The translations under genes and the position numbers were made by a program. From Desulfobacterales bacterium (GTDB lineage Bacteria > Desulfobacterota > Desulfobacteria > Desulfobacterales > SURF-7), in contig JAWOIJ010000024.1 of assembly GCA_046484745.1 (NCBI GenBank), forward strand, positions 2,787-66,786: 64,000 bases of DNA, written 5' to 3'. The notes under the pieces are model-generated. The model made no database searches, had not been told where the DNA came from, and saw only the letters and a list, made by a program, of their open reading frames with translations. Every line of letters begins with the position of its first letter. The first letter of the stretch is position 1. Below, one piece after another: positions 39,901-49,156 of the stretch.

Positions 39901-41192
39901 TCATTGTCGATAAAACGATTGAGCAGTTCAACAAGGTGTTCGACACCAAGGTAAAGGGCCTTCAAGTGCTGCTGAAAGCCACCCGGGAAGACAAATTGAA
40001 ATACATTGTCCTTTTTTCCTCTGTCGCGGCAAGAATGGGCAACAAAGGGCAGGTGGATTATGCCATGGCAAATGAGGTTCTGAACAAGATTGCCCAGCAT
40101 GAAGCTTTTTCCCGTAAAGAGTGCCGGGTCATCTCCATAAACTGGGGGCCCTGGGACGGAGGCATGGTAACCGCATCCCTGAAAAAAGAGTTTTCGAGAA
40201 TGAATGTTTCCCTGATTCCGATCAAGGCCGGTGCAATGAGCATGCTCTATGAAATGATGGGAGGAAAAGACTGCCCGGTTGAAGTGGTTATCGGCGCAAC
40301 ATTATCCACCAATCCGAAAGAAGATGCGGCTGCCCGCGAAAACCAGGCGAAATCCACTCCCTTTGAGCAGGAGATCGATATCACAAACTATCCGATACTG
40401 GAATCACACGTCCTGGGAGGCAAACCAGTTGTTCCCTTCGCCATTATGTCGGAGTGGTTCGGACATGCGGCAATCAGCTGGAATCCGAATTTGTCGCTGT
40501 TTGGAATCGATGACATGAGGCTTCTTTCGGGAATCAAACTGGATAAAACGAAAAAAAAGATTCGACTGATCCCGGGCAAGTTCACACAAAAAGATGAATT
40601 TCTTGAAATCGATATGGAACTTGTGAATGGTTTTCAGAACAATGCCAGAACGATCTACTCCAAAGCCAGAGTTGTTCTGTGCGATAAGCCCTCCCCTGCC
40701 CCTGCCTTTGAAGTATCGGATCGGATAGGCGAAAAAACCTATTCCAAAACCATTGAAGAAGCCTATGAAAAGGTTCTTTTTCATGGAAATATGCTTCGAG
40801 GGATTCAACGCATTGAAGGGTATTCTGAAAAAGGAATGATTGCTGAACTGGTTTCCGCGCCAAAACCGGAAAAATGGATCACGAACCCCTATCGTGACAG
40901 GTGGCTCGGAGATCCTCTTGTAATGGATGCAGCCTATCAAATGGCAATACTCTGGTGTCATGAAATTACAGGGCTTGTATCCCTTCCGAGCTATAGCGAG
41001 GCTTACCGGCAGTATCAGAAAACGTTCCCGGAAAACGGCATTCAAGCGGTCCTCGAGGTCAGCGAACTCACGGATCACAAGATGAAAGGGGATTTCACCT
41101 TTCTCGATAAAAGCAAAAACGTGGTGGCGACAATTACCGGATATGAAGCGGTTATGGATGCCACGCTGATGAAGGCATTTAAAAACGCATAG
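33921..41192 (+). CDS. pfaA: PfaA-like PUFA synthase (KS-MAT-ACPx5-KR-DH)
   Basis: DAACASS/EAHGTGT/GHAK, GHSFG, five LGIDS ACPs, TGGARGVT...YAMAN, SHVLGGKPVVP; start may be 33906. Confidence 0.93.
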   Translation: MSKKKKQSQSVAIIGMGCIFPKARDIKEFWRLLFKGEDGITEIPETHWSVKDYYHKDPKHPDHTYCRRGGFIPPISYDPAEFGIPPNTLEATDTSQLLSLVIAKKALEDAGYGSDRKFNHEKTSVILGATGTQELVIPLGARLGHPIWRKALLDSGVAQDQAEEVIERISKSYVPWQENSFPGLLGNVIAGRITNRLDLGGTNCVVDAACASSMGAVNLAMLELLSGRCDMTVTGGVDTLNDIFMHMCFSQTGVLSHTSDAKPFSEDADGTVLGEGIGLLVMKRLQDAEKDGDRIYAVIKSIGSSSDGKSQSIYAPNAAGQAKALRMAYQEADVTPGTIELIEAHGTGTRVGDAVEFSALKEVFAEYGNKENKCALGSVKSSIGHAKAAAGAAGLIKAALALHHKVLPATLKAEKPDPKLNIHESPFYLNISTRPWISHKDHPRRSGVSAFGFGGSNYHVVLEEYKPGKQEPSWDGTVAISAISGSSRNNIIASLEDLLKNIEQISTFEEIILATSKNNALFSAKEDYRLLIVLERPEQHDKQTESTLEILQQALNLLKKEDAESFSVNNIYFRGPRKKGGLAFFFPGQGSQYTDMGKDLISIFPEALDIMEKANLEHRAAAGDKTARLSDLVYPLPFTDRKANEEKLRSTDTVQPAIGAISLGMLKILERFGVQPDAVGGHSFGELTALCASGRIDEDTFLSLAAKRGKYMASAGNGDTTMLAVKAPLQELENLIQENNLDVVLANRNAPAQGVLSGSTNAIHEAQKICKEKGFRSVLLPVAAAFHSRHVDKAAKPFKQAVQSATIKPSPIPVYSNTTGSPYPDDSQKAAEILGEHLLNPVNFITEIENLYQSGVRSFMEIGPKPVLSGLIDSILAGKEFNTISMDSSSGKKSGLFDLAHALCRLAAEGYEIDLSKWENPMTAPKKQKMSIPITGANYRSDYTQKPPKPKMAAQDAFVSPAAVKPPEVQKSKTIPSAVTPESASGATTFQKKPAGIPNEPEKAARASASNTDVIAEALKVVSESLKSMQALQTQTAETHKKFLETQSDASRNLQKMMDRTRSLAEASLGFRPMLPETGYLQTAPPADLLSEKTEHFITETILETTAPSSHRSYHEISAAEKTDLTRVDSEDIKSNILDVVSELTGYPVEMLETDMDIEADLGIDSIKRVEILSTLEEKLPNIGPISPEMLGEMKTLGQIIDYLSQTNGKTPPAPETLETASTHSRKKMEIAMLQVVSELTGYPVEMLEPDMDIEADLGIDSIKRVEILSAFEEKMPGLPLISTEIMGELKTLGQIIDYLAELSGTGQTEVSAAAASPGSRDKMEQTMLQVVSELTGYPLEMLEPDMDIEADLGIDSIKRVEILSAFEEKMPGLPPISTEIMGELKTLGQIIDYLAKLSGTGRTEVSAAAASPGSRDKMEQTMLQVVSELTGYPLEMLEPDMDIEADLGIDSIKRVEILSAFEEKMPGLPPISTEIMGELKTLGQIIDYLAKLSGTGRTEVSAAAASPGSRDKMEQTMLQVVSELTGYPVEMLEPDMDIEADLGIDSIKRVEILSAFEEKMPGLPPISTEIMGELKTLGQIIDYLAELSGTPKPDKNLQMDHGEDSSLDVSYTYPSEFKEQHEVDLEDVERQVVSLVEKPFNRGRQLIVPKDRIVYILDDQTGLGKEIAFVLENRDIRTELIPGDLFADTESLKDNLRNAGGLILIPDVDLLTDKFNQKTIWNEKDVQFLKNSFIAASLAAKDIIHSASNGGGLLTTITRLDGCLGFSGKGVLHPIQGGLAGLVKTASMEWENVCCHAIDIAPAWKDNKEAALAAVDEILNPGPVEVGLDKNSRYLLMLAPSTSPEGKILLNEKDVVLVTGGARGVTAACSYTLAKHAKPTIILMGRSPLPAPEPHWLEGITDEAAIKKSIIQNEFSGQKVTPVQVDSVFNKYMAGREIMKNLSRLKSTGATVDYISLDVRNSDSVISVLEEIRNNYGPIRGLIHGAGVLEDRFIVDKTIEQFNKVFDTKVKGLQVLLKATREDKLKYIVLFSSVAARMGNKGQVDYAMANEVLNKIAQHEAFSRKECRVISINWGPWDGGMVTASLKKEFSRMNVSLIPIKAGAMSMLYEMMGGKDCPVEVVIGATLSTNPKEDAAARENQAKSTPFEQEIDITNYPILESHVLGGKPVVPFAIMSEWFGHAAISWNPNLSLFGIDDMRLLSGIKLDKTKKKIRLIPGKFTQKDEFLEIDMELVNGFQNNARTIYSKARVVLCDKPSPAPAFEVSDRIGEKTYSKTIEEAYEKVLFHGNMLRGIQRIEGYSEKGMIAELVSAPKPEKWITNPYRDRWLGDPLVMDAAYQMAILWCHEITGLVSLPSYSEAYRQYQKTFPENGIQAVLEVSELTDHKMKGDFTFLDKSKNVVATITGYEAVMDATLMKAFKNA
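37615..38689 (+). repeat. Tandem 285-bp near-identical repeat (about 3.8 units) encoding ACP domains 2-5
   Basis: Units start at 37615, 37900, 38185 and 38470 and differ by a few SNPs. Confidence 0.97.
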
Positions 41193-41236
41193 CGTGTTGC
41201 CACGAATTTTTGACATTAACCTGTTTTCAGAGGAAA

Positions 41237-44200
41237 ATGAGAAAATACCCACCCATTGCGGTTGTCGGGATGGCCGGGATATTACCCGGCGCTTCCAGCA
41301 TAGAAAGCTTCTGGCAAAATATCATCAATAAGGTAAGTGCCATTTCAAGGGTCCCGGAGGGACGATGGATTGTCGAGCCTGAAGCGATCCATGCGCCCGG
41401 ATATGAAAATGACAAGGCATGTTCTCTGTATGCCGGATTGATTCATCATTTCAAATATAATCCGGAAGGAATCGATATTGATCCGGACATGGCGCAGAAC
41501 CTTGATCCGTTATATCAGCTTGTCCTTTCCGCGGGAAGGGACGCGCTTCAGGAATGCCGGATTTCAAACCTCGACAAAAAACGAACCGGTGTGGTTCTTG
41601 CCGCAATTGCGCTGCCGACAGATGCATCATCCACGCTGACTAGAGAGATACTGGGGCGCGCCTTTGAATCAAGGCTGCTTGAAGAGCTGAAAAAAAATCA
41701 TCTGATCAACGATTTTGAAACAGATTCTTTTCATCTTTCGCGTTATCACAGCCTCTCATCCCGTGTAACCAGCCTTCCGGGAGCGATGCTGGCAAAAGGT
41801 CTTGGACTGGGTGGCGGCAGCTTTACCCTGGATGCAGCATGTTCATCTTCTCTGTATGCCGTCAAGCTGGCCTGTGACGAACTCAATGCGAAACGAACGG
41901 ATATCATGCTGGCAGGCGGCGTTTCCCGCCCGGAATGCCTGTATACGCAGGTTGGATTCACGCAGCTGCAAGCTATTTCCCCCACCGGGAGATGCGCCCC
42001 GTTTGATAAAACCGCCGATGGTCTTGTCGTTGGTGAAGGAGCCGGTATTTTTGTCCTGAAGAGACTTGAAGATGCCTTGCGGGATCAAAACGACATTCTG
42101 GGATTGATTCACGGCACAGGCCTTTCAAACGACATTGGCGGGAACCTTCTGGCACCTGACAGTGAAGGTCAGATCCGGGCGATGAAAGACGCTTATCAAA
42201 AGACAGGATGGCATCCCCATGAAGTTGAACTGATTGAATGCCATGGAGCCGGAACACCGGTAGGTGACGGAATTGAGCTGGCAAGTCTCAGATCTCTCTG
42301 GGGAGAGTCCGGCTGGAAAAAAGAACAATGCGCCATCGGTTCCATAAAATCCATGACCGGGCATCTTCTCACCGGCGCGGGAGCCGCCGGCATGATTAAA
42401 ACGCTGCTCGCGCTTAAACATAAAGTGCTTCCTCCCTCTCTCAATTTCTCAAGCCCTTCCGACAAAAGCCCGCTGATTGACAGTCCTTTCCGGGTCCAGA
42501 CCCGTACGGATGAATGGACGCGAAAAGATAAAAAACCGTTAAAAGCAGCGGTGAGCGCGTTCGGTTTTGGCGGCATCAATGCCCATCTGCTTTTTGAAGA
42601 GTGGAATCCGGAATTATTCAACCCGGAAGTCTATATTCGAAACCCGGCCGCGGATCTCTCCGGCAGCGAAGATCGCCAGCCACCCGCCGCGGTAAGTGAA
42701 AGAACCGGGAATGAGAAATTGCCGCCCGTTGCCGTCACCGGAATGGGCGCCCTGTTCGGGAAATCGGATTCTCTGAAAAAATTTCAACAAACGATTTTTA
42801 ACGGAAAAAACATATTCAACAAAAGACCGCAAAACAGATGGGGCGGAAGTGACGAAACAGCAGATCAACTGCTTGGGACCTCTGTCGATTTTGGTTCTTT
42901 TATCGAAGAGCTTTCGGTTTTTATCGGTGAGTTTCATATACAGCCCAATGAGATTCCGGATATGCTTCCCCAGCATCTCCTGATGCTGAAAGTGGTATCC
43001 AATGCCATGGCGGACGCAGGCCTTCCTCACCGTAAAGACCGTCCAAGAATGGGTGTTACCATTGGAATGGAGTTTGACCCGGAAGCGACAAATTTTCATC
43101 TTCGCTGGAATCTGTACAATGAAATCAAAAAGTGGAAAGAAAAACATAAGCTTACTCTCAGTGACAAAGAGACGGCGAACTGGCTCGAATCCGTCCGCAA
43201 TGCCTCAGGCCCTCCCCTTACATCCGCCCGAACCGTAGGCGCTTTAGGCGGAATCATTGCAAGCAGGATCGCGAAAGAATTTCGATTTGGCGGTCCAGCT
43301 TTTGTCGTCTCCTGCGAAGCTTCATCCGGCATCAAGGCACTTGAAATAGGCGTTCGCTCTCTTCAGCTTTCAGAGACCGATGCCTTTCTTGTGGGTGCTG
43401 TCGATCTTCCGGCCGATGTTCGCAACATGGTTGCAGTGGATAACATTCGCCCCTTTACCCGAGAAAAAACCTGTCATCCGTTTGACGCGAAAGCAGATGG
43501 AACGCTTCCCGGTGAAGGAGCTGCCGCAGTGGTATTAAAACGGCTGGATGATGCCATTTCCGACGGCGACAGAATCTATGCGGTAATAAGAGGCATCGGC
43601 AGCGCCGGCAGTCAGGGGATTGAAATTCCGATGCCTTCTTCGGAAGCGTATCAGCTTTCTCTGGAGCGGGCTTTCAAAGACGCCGCCATTCCTGAAACCT
43701 CTATCAGCTATATCGAAACACATGGCAGTGGAGACAGGGCTGAAGATGATCTGGAAGCTGACGCCTTAAACTCCTTTTTCAATTTCAGCAAAAATCATCC
43801 ATCCAGTTTAACCGACATCAATTCCATCGCGATTGGATCGGTCAAGGCAAATATCGGTCATACCGGTGCGGCTGCCGGACTGGCTTCTGTCGTAAAAACC
43901 AGCCTCTGTCTGTATCATGAAATTATCCCCCCCTTATCCGGTTTTATATCTCCCAAATCCAGCAACTGGGACAACGGGCCGTTTCACTTCCCCTTTTTCC
44001 CGCACTTCTGGATGAGAAATCGGCAGGATGGCCCAAGAAAGGCCTGTGTCGCCTCCATGACAATGGACGGCAACTGCAGTCATGTGCTTTTAGAGGGTTT
44101 TGACTATCTTACGGATGTCTTAAACAAGGACCTTCTTCAAAAAATCGAGTGGGAAAGAAAAAGACCGCTCGGCATCGAATCGGCTGGGCTCTTTGTTGTA

Positions 44201-47200
44201 GAAGGAGATCAAAAAGAAGAACTCATTGAGAATCTTGACGCCCTGTACCAGTTTGTTCACGACTTCTCCGACAAGGAGGAGAACATGGAAATGGTGGCCC
44301 GTGCATGGTACGCCAAAAATCCTCTGGATCCTTCGAAAAACCATTCTGTTTCGTTGATTGCCGAAAACAGCTTCAACCTGGGAAAGTGGATCAAAGAGGC
44401 CAAAAAAGCGATTCTTTCCGATACGGAAAGAAAAATAAACGGTTCTTTCGGCATCAAATACAATCCAGAACCAATAGGAAATTCAGGTGATATCGCCTTT
44501 GTCTTTCCCGGATCCGGAAATCACTATGTGGGCATGGGCAGAAAAATCGGTACAACCTGGCCGGAGACGTTGAGAAAAATGGATGCCGAAACCATGAGGC
44601 TTCGCACCCAGTTCATACCAGACCGATATGTTCCCTGCCGCACCTCATGGGATACCGGATGGGAGGCCGAAGCGCACAAAGATCTTGTCTCAAACCCTCT
44701 CAACCTGATCTTTGGACAGGTAGCTCACGGCAGTGTTGTGTCAAATCTTATCCGGGAAATGGCTCTGGAGCCTTCGGCTGTAATCGGCTACAGCCTGGGA
44801 GAATCAGCCGGTTATTTCGCACTGGGCGCATGGCCTGAACGAGGCAGCATGCTGGAGAGACTGGAAGATTCCAACCTTTTCCGCACTGAACTGGCCGGGC
44901 CCTGTAATGCCGCGCGCAAGGTGTGGAAAATTCCGGCCGCGGATGAGGTTGACTGGTGCGCTGCGACCGTCAACCGGGATGCCGGTCGTGTGAAAACCGT
45001 ATTGCGGAAATTTCCAGAGGCCTATCTTCTGATTGTCAATACCCCCAGTGAATGCGTGATCGGGGGACGCCGACCCCAGGTGGAAGCCGCCATCAAACGG
45101 CTTGGCTGCGATGCTTTTTTCCTGGAAGGTGTGGTTACCGTTCACTGTGCCGCCGCGGTTCCGGTCAAGGAAGCGTACCGGGAACTGCATGTTTTTCCCA
45201 CACACCCACCGGAAGGCATCCGATTCTACAGCTGCTCTTTTGAAAAAGCACCTGAAAAAATCACAACCAAATCGACGGCAACCTCCATACTCAATCAGGC
45301 GCTCTTTGGTTTTGATTTTTCGGCAACCATCCGGCAGGCCTATAAAGACGGTGTAACCATTTTTCTGGAGATGGGGCCTCACGCATCCTGCTCCCGAATG
45401 ATCGATGCGATTTTAGAGGATCAGCCGCACTTTGCGATTTCCGCGTGTTTAAAAGGCGAGGATACTTATCTTACCCTGCTTAAATTTCTGGGTTCTCTCA
45501 TTGCCGAAAGGGTCACCCTCAATCTTGACCAACTGTATGGTGAACATACCTATCCCCAAAAAATATATACAAAGGATATTCAAAAAACCGGCCGGCAGAT
45601 TACCCTGCACATCGGCGGGAGATCATCCAAACCGCCGCTTCCAAAACTCCTCTCCAGGCAGGTGGAAAATCAGATACAACGCCGGGAACCCTTTAGAGAG
45701 ATTCAGACGGTTTCCTATGATTTCGAGGCGGCGCTCTCTTCAGCGGATTTTGGAACACTGTCCGAACATCCTTATGTGGAACTATTGGACACGGTGAGAG
45801 AAAATATGGCCGCCATGTCGGAAGCGCATAATGAATTCCTTTCGTTTTCCAGCCATCTCAACAAGGCTTTTGCCCAGGCCGTTGATTTTCAGACCAGTCT
45901 TCTCGAGCAACTGGTTTCATCCAATGACGGCGCTTCTCTTGCAGAAATTCAACGCCTGAAAAAGGTTGAGAATGATACACGCGTTTCTTCAGCCCGGACG
46001 ATTATAACAGAGCAGCCCCCTCCTCAGAAAATCACAAAACCCGCCTTTTCCCGGGAGATGTGCATGGAGTTCGCGACAGGCTCTGTTGGAAAAGTGCTTG
46101 GACCGGAGTTTGCGGTAGTGGATTCCTATAAAGCGAGAGTAAGGCTTCCGGACGAACCGCTTATGCTGGTGGATCGAATCCTTTCGGTAAAGGGCGAAAA
46201 AGGGTCGATGGGTTCCGGAGAACTGGTAACTGAACACGATGTCCACCCGGGAGCCTGGTATCTGGATGGCAACCGGGTGCCTGTCTGCATATCGATTGAG
46301 GCAGGCCAGGCAGACCTTTTTCTATGCGCTTACCTGGGAATCGACCTCAGGGTAAAGGGGAAACGGACTTATCGCCTTCTGGATGCGATCGCGACCTTTC
46401 ACCATGGACTGCCCCAACCCGGGGATGTGATCCGCTACGTTATTCAAATCGAAAAATTTATTCGGCAGGGAGAAACCTATCTCTTCTTTTTTCATTTTAA
46501 CGGCTATATCGGAGATACCCACATTATCAGTATGAGAAACGGCTGCGCGGGGTTTTTTACAGAAGAAGAGGTTAAAAATTCCGGCGGGATTGTTCTGACT
46601 GAAAAAGAAAGGCAAAAGATCCCCGGGAAAAAGCCTTCAGGCTGGAAAGATCTGGTTCCCATGGAGGTCGAATCCTATGATGACGAGGGCATCGACGCGC
46701 TTCGAACCGGAGATGTTGAAAAATGCTTTGGTCCCCTGTTCCGCGATATCACCCTTGCCAGGTCCATATCACTGCCGTCCGGAAGGATGAAACTGATCGA
46801 TCGGGTTCTGGAACTGGATCCCACAGGCGGTCGATTCGGTCTGGGTGTCATACGGGCCCAGGCGGATATTCATCCAAACGACTGGTTTCTGACATGCCAT
46901 TTTGTCGATGACATGGTGATGCCCGGAACCCTGATGTATGAATGCTGCGCTCACACGCTGCGCGTTCTTCTTCTCCGCATGGGATGGGTAACTGAAAAAC
47001 AGGGCGTTTGCTATGAACCGGTTCCCAACGTCGGTGCTGTTCTCAAGTGCCGGGGTCCGGTTACACCGGAAACAAAACACGTCTTATACGAAGTTTCCAT
47101 AAAAGAGATCGGCTATTCCCCTGAACCGTATGTGATTGCAGATGCCATCATGTATGGGGATGATGAACGGATTGTCATTTTTCAGGACATGTCGATGAAA

Positions 47201-48427
47201 ATGACCGGTTTGACACGACAGGAGATCGAAGCCTTCTGGGCCAAAAGAGAAAAAGGCAGGTCCCATCCGCGCTTATCCTGCGAAAAGCCGACGATCTACA
47301 CCCGCGAGCAGCTTCTGGCCTATGCGATCGGAAATCCCAGCGAAGGGTTTGGCGACCGGTATAAAATCTTTGATCAGGAACGGAAAATCGCAAGACTTCC
47401 AGGACCGCCCTACTTTTTTATGGACCGAATCACCCATGTGGAACCTGAACCCTGGGTCCTGAAACCATCCGGATGGATTGAAGCGGAATATACCATTCCA
47501 CCTGACGAGTGGTATTTCCGGGCCAATCGGGTTCCGGAAATGGCTTTCTGCGTACTTCTCGAAATTGCCCTGCAGCCTTGCGGATGGCTCGCAGCCTACC
47601 TTGGATCCGCGCTGCGGAGTGAAACCGATCTGAAATTCAGAAATCTTGGAGGAAAAGCGATTCTCCATGAAAATATCATGCCCGATTTTGGAACGCTGAC
47701 CATGAGAGCCAGGCTTACAAAAGTATCGGAAGCCGGAGGCCTCATTATTGAAGAGTTTGACATGGAAGTCCTGAGAGAAAATCAAATCATATATAAAGGG
47801 GATACGGTTTTCGGTTTTTTTACCGCGGAAACCCTGGCAAACCAGGTGGGAATCGGAAATGCTTCCAGGATGGCGTATTCCCCCACGCCGGATGAAATCA
47901 AACGCGGAACATTCCATAGGCTTGAAGATGAAGCCCCGCTTTTCCCGGAAGATCCGGATCTCCATGATGCAGCTCCGGCAGCCATGCCGGCAAAGGCGCT
48001 CCGCATGATTGACAGGATCGATCTCTATGTGCCGGATGGCGGCCCCGAAGGGCTCGGGTTTATCCGGGGAATCAAAGAAATTGATCCAGATGAATGGTTT
48101 TTCAAAGCGCACTTCTACCAGGACCCGGTATGTCCGGGGTCTCTGGGGATAGAATCCTTTATTCAGCTCATGAAATTCGCGGCCCTTGACCGCTGGAAGG
48201 AGTTAACCGAAACCCACACCTTTGAATTTGTCACCGGAAATGAGCATACCTGGCTTTACCGTGGACAGGTTATCCCCACGAACAAAATCGTGGAAGTGGA
48301 TGCCGTTATCACCCGGGTCGAGGATTCCACCTCTCCGGCCCTGTTTGCGGACGGCTTCTTGAAGGTGGATGGACTGTTTATCTACCAGATGAAAAATTTC
48401 GGAATCAGGCTGGTGCCGAAGAAGTAA
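41237..48427 (+). CDS. pfaC: PfaB/C-like PUFA synthase (KS-CLF-AT-FabA-type DH domains)
   Basis: DAACSSS/ECHGAGT; second KS with non-canonical SCEASS; AT GYSLG; DH motifs CHFVDDMVMPG and AHFYQDPVCPG. Confidence 0.9.
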   Translation: MRKYPPIAVVGMAGILPGASSIESFWQNIINKVSAISRVPEGRWIVEPEAIHAPGYENDKACSLYAGLIHHFKYNPEGIDIDPDMAQNLDPLYQLVLSAGRDALQECRISNLDKKRTGVVLAAIALPTDASSTLTREILGRAFESRLLEELKKNHLINDFETDSFHLSRYHSLSSRVTSLPGAMLAKGLGLGGGSFTLDAACSSSLYAVKLACDELNAKRTDIMLAGGVSRPECLYTQVGFTQLQAISPTGRCAPFDKTADGLVVGEGAGIFVLKRLEDALRDQNDILGLIHGTGLSNDIGGNLLAPDSEGQIRAMKDAYQKTGWHPHEVELIECHGAGTPVGDGIELASLRSLWGESGWKKEQCAIGSIKSMTGHLLTGAGAAGMIKTLLALKHKVLPPSLNFSSPSDKSPLIDSPFRVQTRTDEWTRKDKKPLKAAVSAFGFGGINAHLLFEEWNPELFNPEVYIRNPAADLSGSEDRQPPAAVSERTGNEKLPPVAVTGMGALFGKSDSLKKFQQTIFNGKNIFNKRPQNRWGGSDETADQLLGTSVDFGSFIEELSVFIGEFHIQPNEIPDMLPQHLLMLKVVSNAMADAGLPHRKDRPRMGVTIGMEFDPEATNFHLRWNLYNEIKKWKEKHKLTLSDKETANWLESVRNASGPPLTSARTVGALGGIIASRIAKEFRFGGPAFVVSCEASSGIKALEIGVRSLQLSETDAFLVGAVDLPADVRNMVAVDNIRPFTREKTCHPFDAKADGTLPGEGAAAVVLKRLDDAISDGDRIYAVIRGIGSAGSQGIEIPMPSSEAYQLSLERAFKDAAIPETSISYIETHGSGDRAEDDLEADALNSFFNFSKNHPSSLTDINSIAIGSVKANIGHTGAAAGLASVVKTSLCLYHEIIPPLSGFISPKSSNWDNGPFHFPFFPHFWMRNRQDGPRKACVASMTMDGNCSHVLLEGFDYLTDVLNKDLLQKIEWERKRPLGIESAGLFVVEGDQKEELIENLDALYQFVHDFSDKEENMEMVARAWYAKNPLDPSKNHSVSLIAENSFNLGKWIKEAKKAILSDTERKINGSFGIKYNPEPIGNSGDIAFVFPGSGNHYVGMGRKIGTTWPETLRKMDAETMRLRTQFIPDRYVPCRTSWDTGWEAEAHKDLVSNPLNLIFGQVAHGSVVSNLIREMALEPSAVIGYSLGESAGYFALGAWPERGSMLERLEDSNLFRTELAGPCNAARKVWKIPAADEVDWCAATVNRDAGRVKTVLRKFPEAYLLIVNTPSECVIGGRRPQVEAAIKRLGCDAFFLEGVVTVHCAAAVPVKEAYRELHVFPTHPPEGIRFYSCSFEKAPEKITTKSTATSILNQALFGFDFSATIRQAYKDGVTIFLEMGPHASCSRMIDAILEDQPHFAISACLKGEDTYLTLLKFLGSLIAERVTLNLDQLYGEHTYPQKIYTKDIQKTGRQITLHIGGRSSKPPLPKLLSRQVENQIQRREPFREIQTVSYDFEAALSSADFGTLSEHPYVELLDTVRENMAAMSEAHNEFLSFSSHLNKAFAQAVDFQTSLLEQLVSSNDGASLAEIQRLKKVENDTRVSSARTIITEQPPPQKITKPAFSREMCMEFATGSVGKVLGPEFAVVDSYKARVRLPDEPLMLVDRILSVKGEKGSMGSGELVTEHDVHPGAWYLDGNRVPVCISIEAGQADLFLCAYLGIDLRVKGKRTYRLLDAIATFHHGLPQPGDVIRYVIQIEKFIRQGETYLFFFHFNGYIGDTHIISMRNGCAGFFTEEEVKNSGGIVLTEKERQKIPGKKPSGWKDLVPMEVESYDDEGIDALRTGDVEKCFGPLFRDITLARSISLPSGRMKLIDRVLELDPTGGRFGLGVIRAQADIHPNDWFLTCHFVDDMVMPGTLMYECCAHTLRVLLLRMGWVTEKQGVCYEPVPNVGAVLKCRGPVTPETKHVLYEVSIKEIGYSPEPYVIADAIMYGDDERIVIFQDMSMKMTGLTRQEIEAFWAKREKGRSHPRLSCEKPTIYTREQLLAYAIGNPSEGFGDRYKIFDQERKIARLPGPPYFFMDRITHVEPEPWVLKPSGWIEAEYTIPPDEWYFRANRVPEMAFCVLLEIALQPCGWLAAYLGSALRSETDLKFRNLGGKAILHENIMPDFGTLTMRARLTKVSEAGGLIIEEFDMEVLRENQIIYKGDTVFGFFTAETLANQVGIGNASRMAYSPTPDEIKRGTFHRLEDEAPLFPEDPDLHDAAPAAMPAKALRMIDRIDLYVPDGGPEGLGFIRGIKEIDPDEWFFKAHFYQDPVCPGSLGIESFIQLMKFAALDRWKELTETHTFEFVTGNEHTWLYRGQVIPTNKIVEVDAVITRVEDSTSPALFADGFLKVDGLFIYQMKNFGIRLVPKK

Positions 48428-48467
48428 ATTTTTTCTTTTCAGATCTCACAAAGAGTACAAAGACTTT

Positions 48468-48494
48468 CTCGCGCAGAGACGCCAAGGCGCAGAG
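48468..48494 (+). repeat. REP-like short repeat, copy 1
   Basis: ctcgcgcagagacgccaaggcgcagag. Confidence 0.55.
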
Positions 48495-48824
48495 AAAAGC
48501 GAAAACAATAATCGTTCCATGTACCTTGTAAATCGTTACGTTTTGTTCCTGCCAGTAAGTTGCTCCATTTTCGTATCAAAAAAAGGGTTATTGCCCTGAT
48601 ATAAGGCGGTTTTAAGGCAGCATCTTGTTTATTTTCATATAACTATTTTAGTTCGACCCCATTTTTATTTTTTTTTACTTTCATTTTCATGTATCGGAAG
48701 AAAAACCAAATAACAATAATTTTTATGGATTTAAGACCGGTCTCCTTCCGCCGCTCATTCAAATCGCTCTGCATCATGCTTTGGTTGTGTGCTGTTTTGA
48801 AAAAACGCTCCAGCCCGATTAACG

Positions 48825-48849
48825 TTGCGCCTCTGCGCCTCTGCGTGAG
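48825..48849 (-). repeat. REP-like short repeat, copy 2 (inverted)
   Basis: Minus strand ctcacgcagaggcgcagaggcgcaa. Confidence 0.55.
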
Positions 48850-49078
48850 CATCTCTTTTGTTTGATACAACCTGAAAGAATTTCGATAGTTGTGATTTAA
48901 ATTTTCGATTGCTTTCGGCAGCCTGTGATAGGAGAAAAACTAGTGAAATCATTTCACAATAAACTTACCTTTTGTTCCTAATGCCGCCGCCTTTGCTGTT
49001 TGCCGGAATAAATAGCCGGTTTTTCAAAGGAAGATAACTATTTAAATTCATAAGATATTCATTCGATTTCAGAATAGA

Positions 49079-49094
49079 TGGCATGTTAATTGCT
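49079..49094 (+). promoter_or_regulatory. sigma54 -24/-12 promoter
   Basis: TGGCATGTTAATTGCT fits GG-N10-GC. Confidence 0.75.
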
Positions 49095-49156
49095 ATAACC
49101 ATTGACATCGCTTGCAAAATGGAATATCTTATTGCAATGAAATTAATAGGTTATCT

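Noticed and set aside
27208-48112. Long antisense ORFs (27208-27957, 30255-30878, 40404-41252, 47273-48112 and others)
   Set aside because: Shadows of well-supported genes on the opposite strand, with no recognisable motifs
48941-48959. Rex operator
   Set aside because: The dyad spacer is one base longer than TTGTGAA-N4-TTCACAA; kept only as a candidate enhancer
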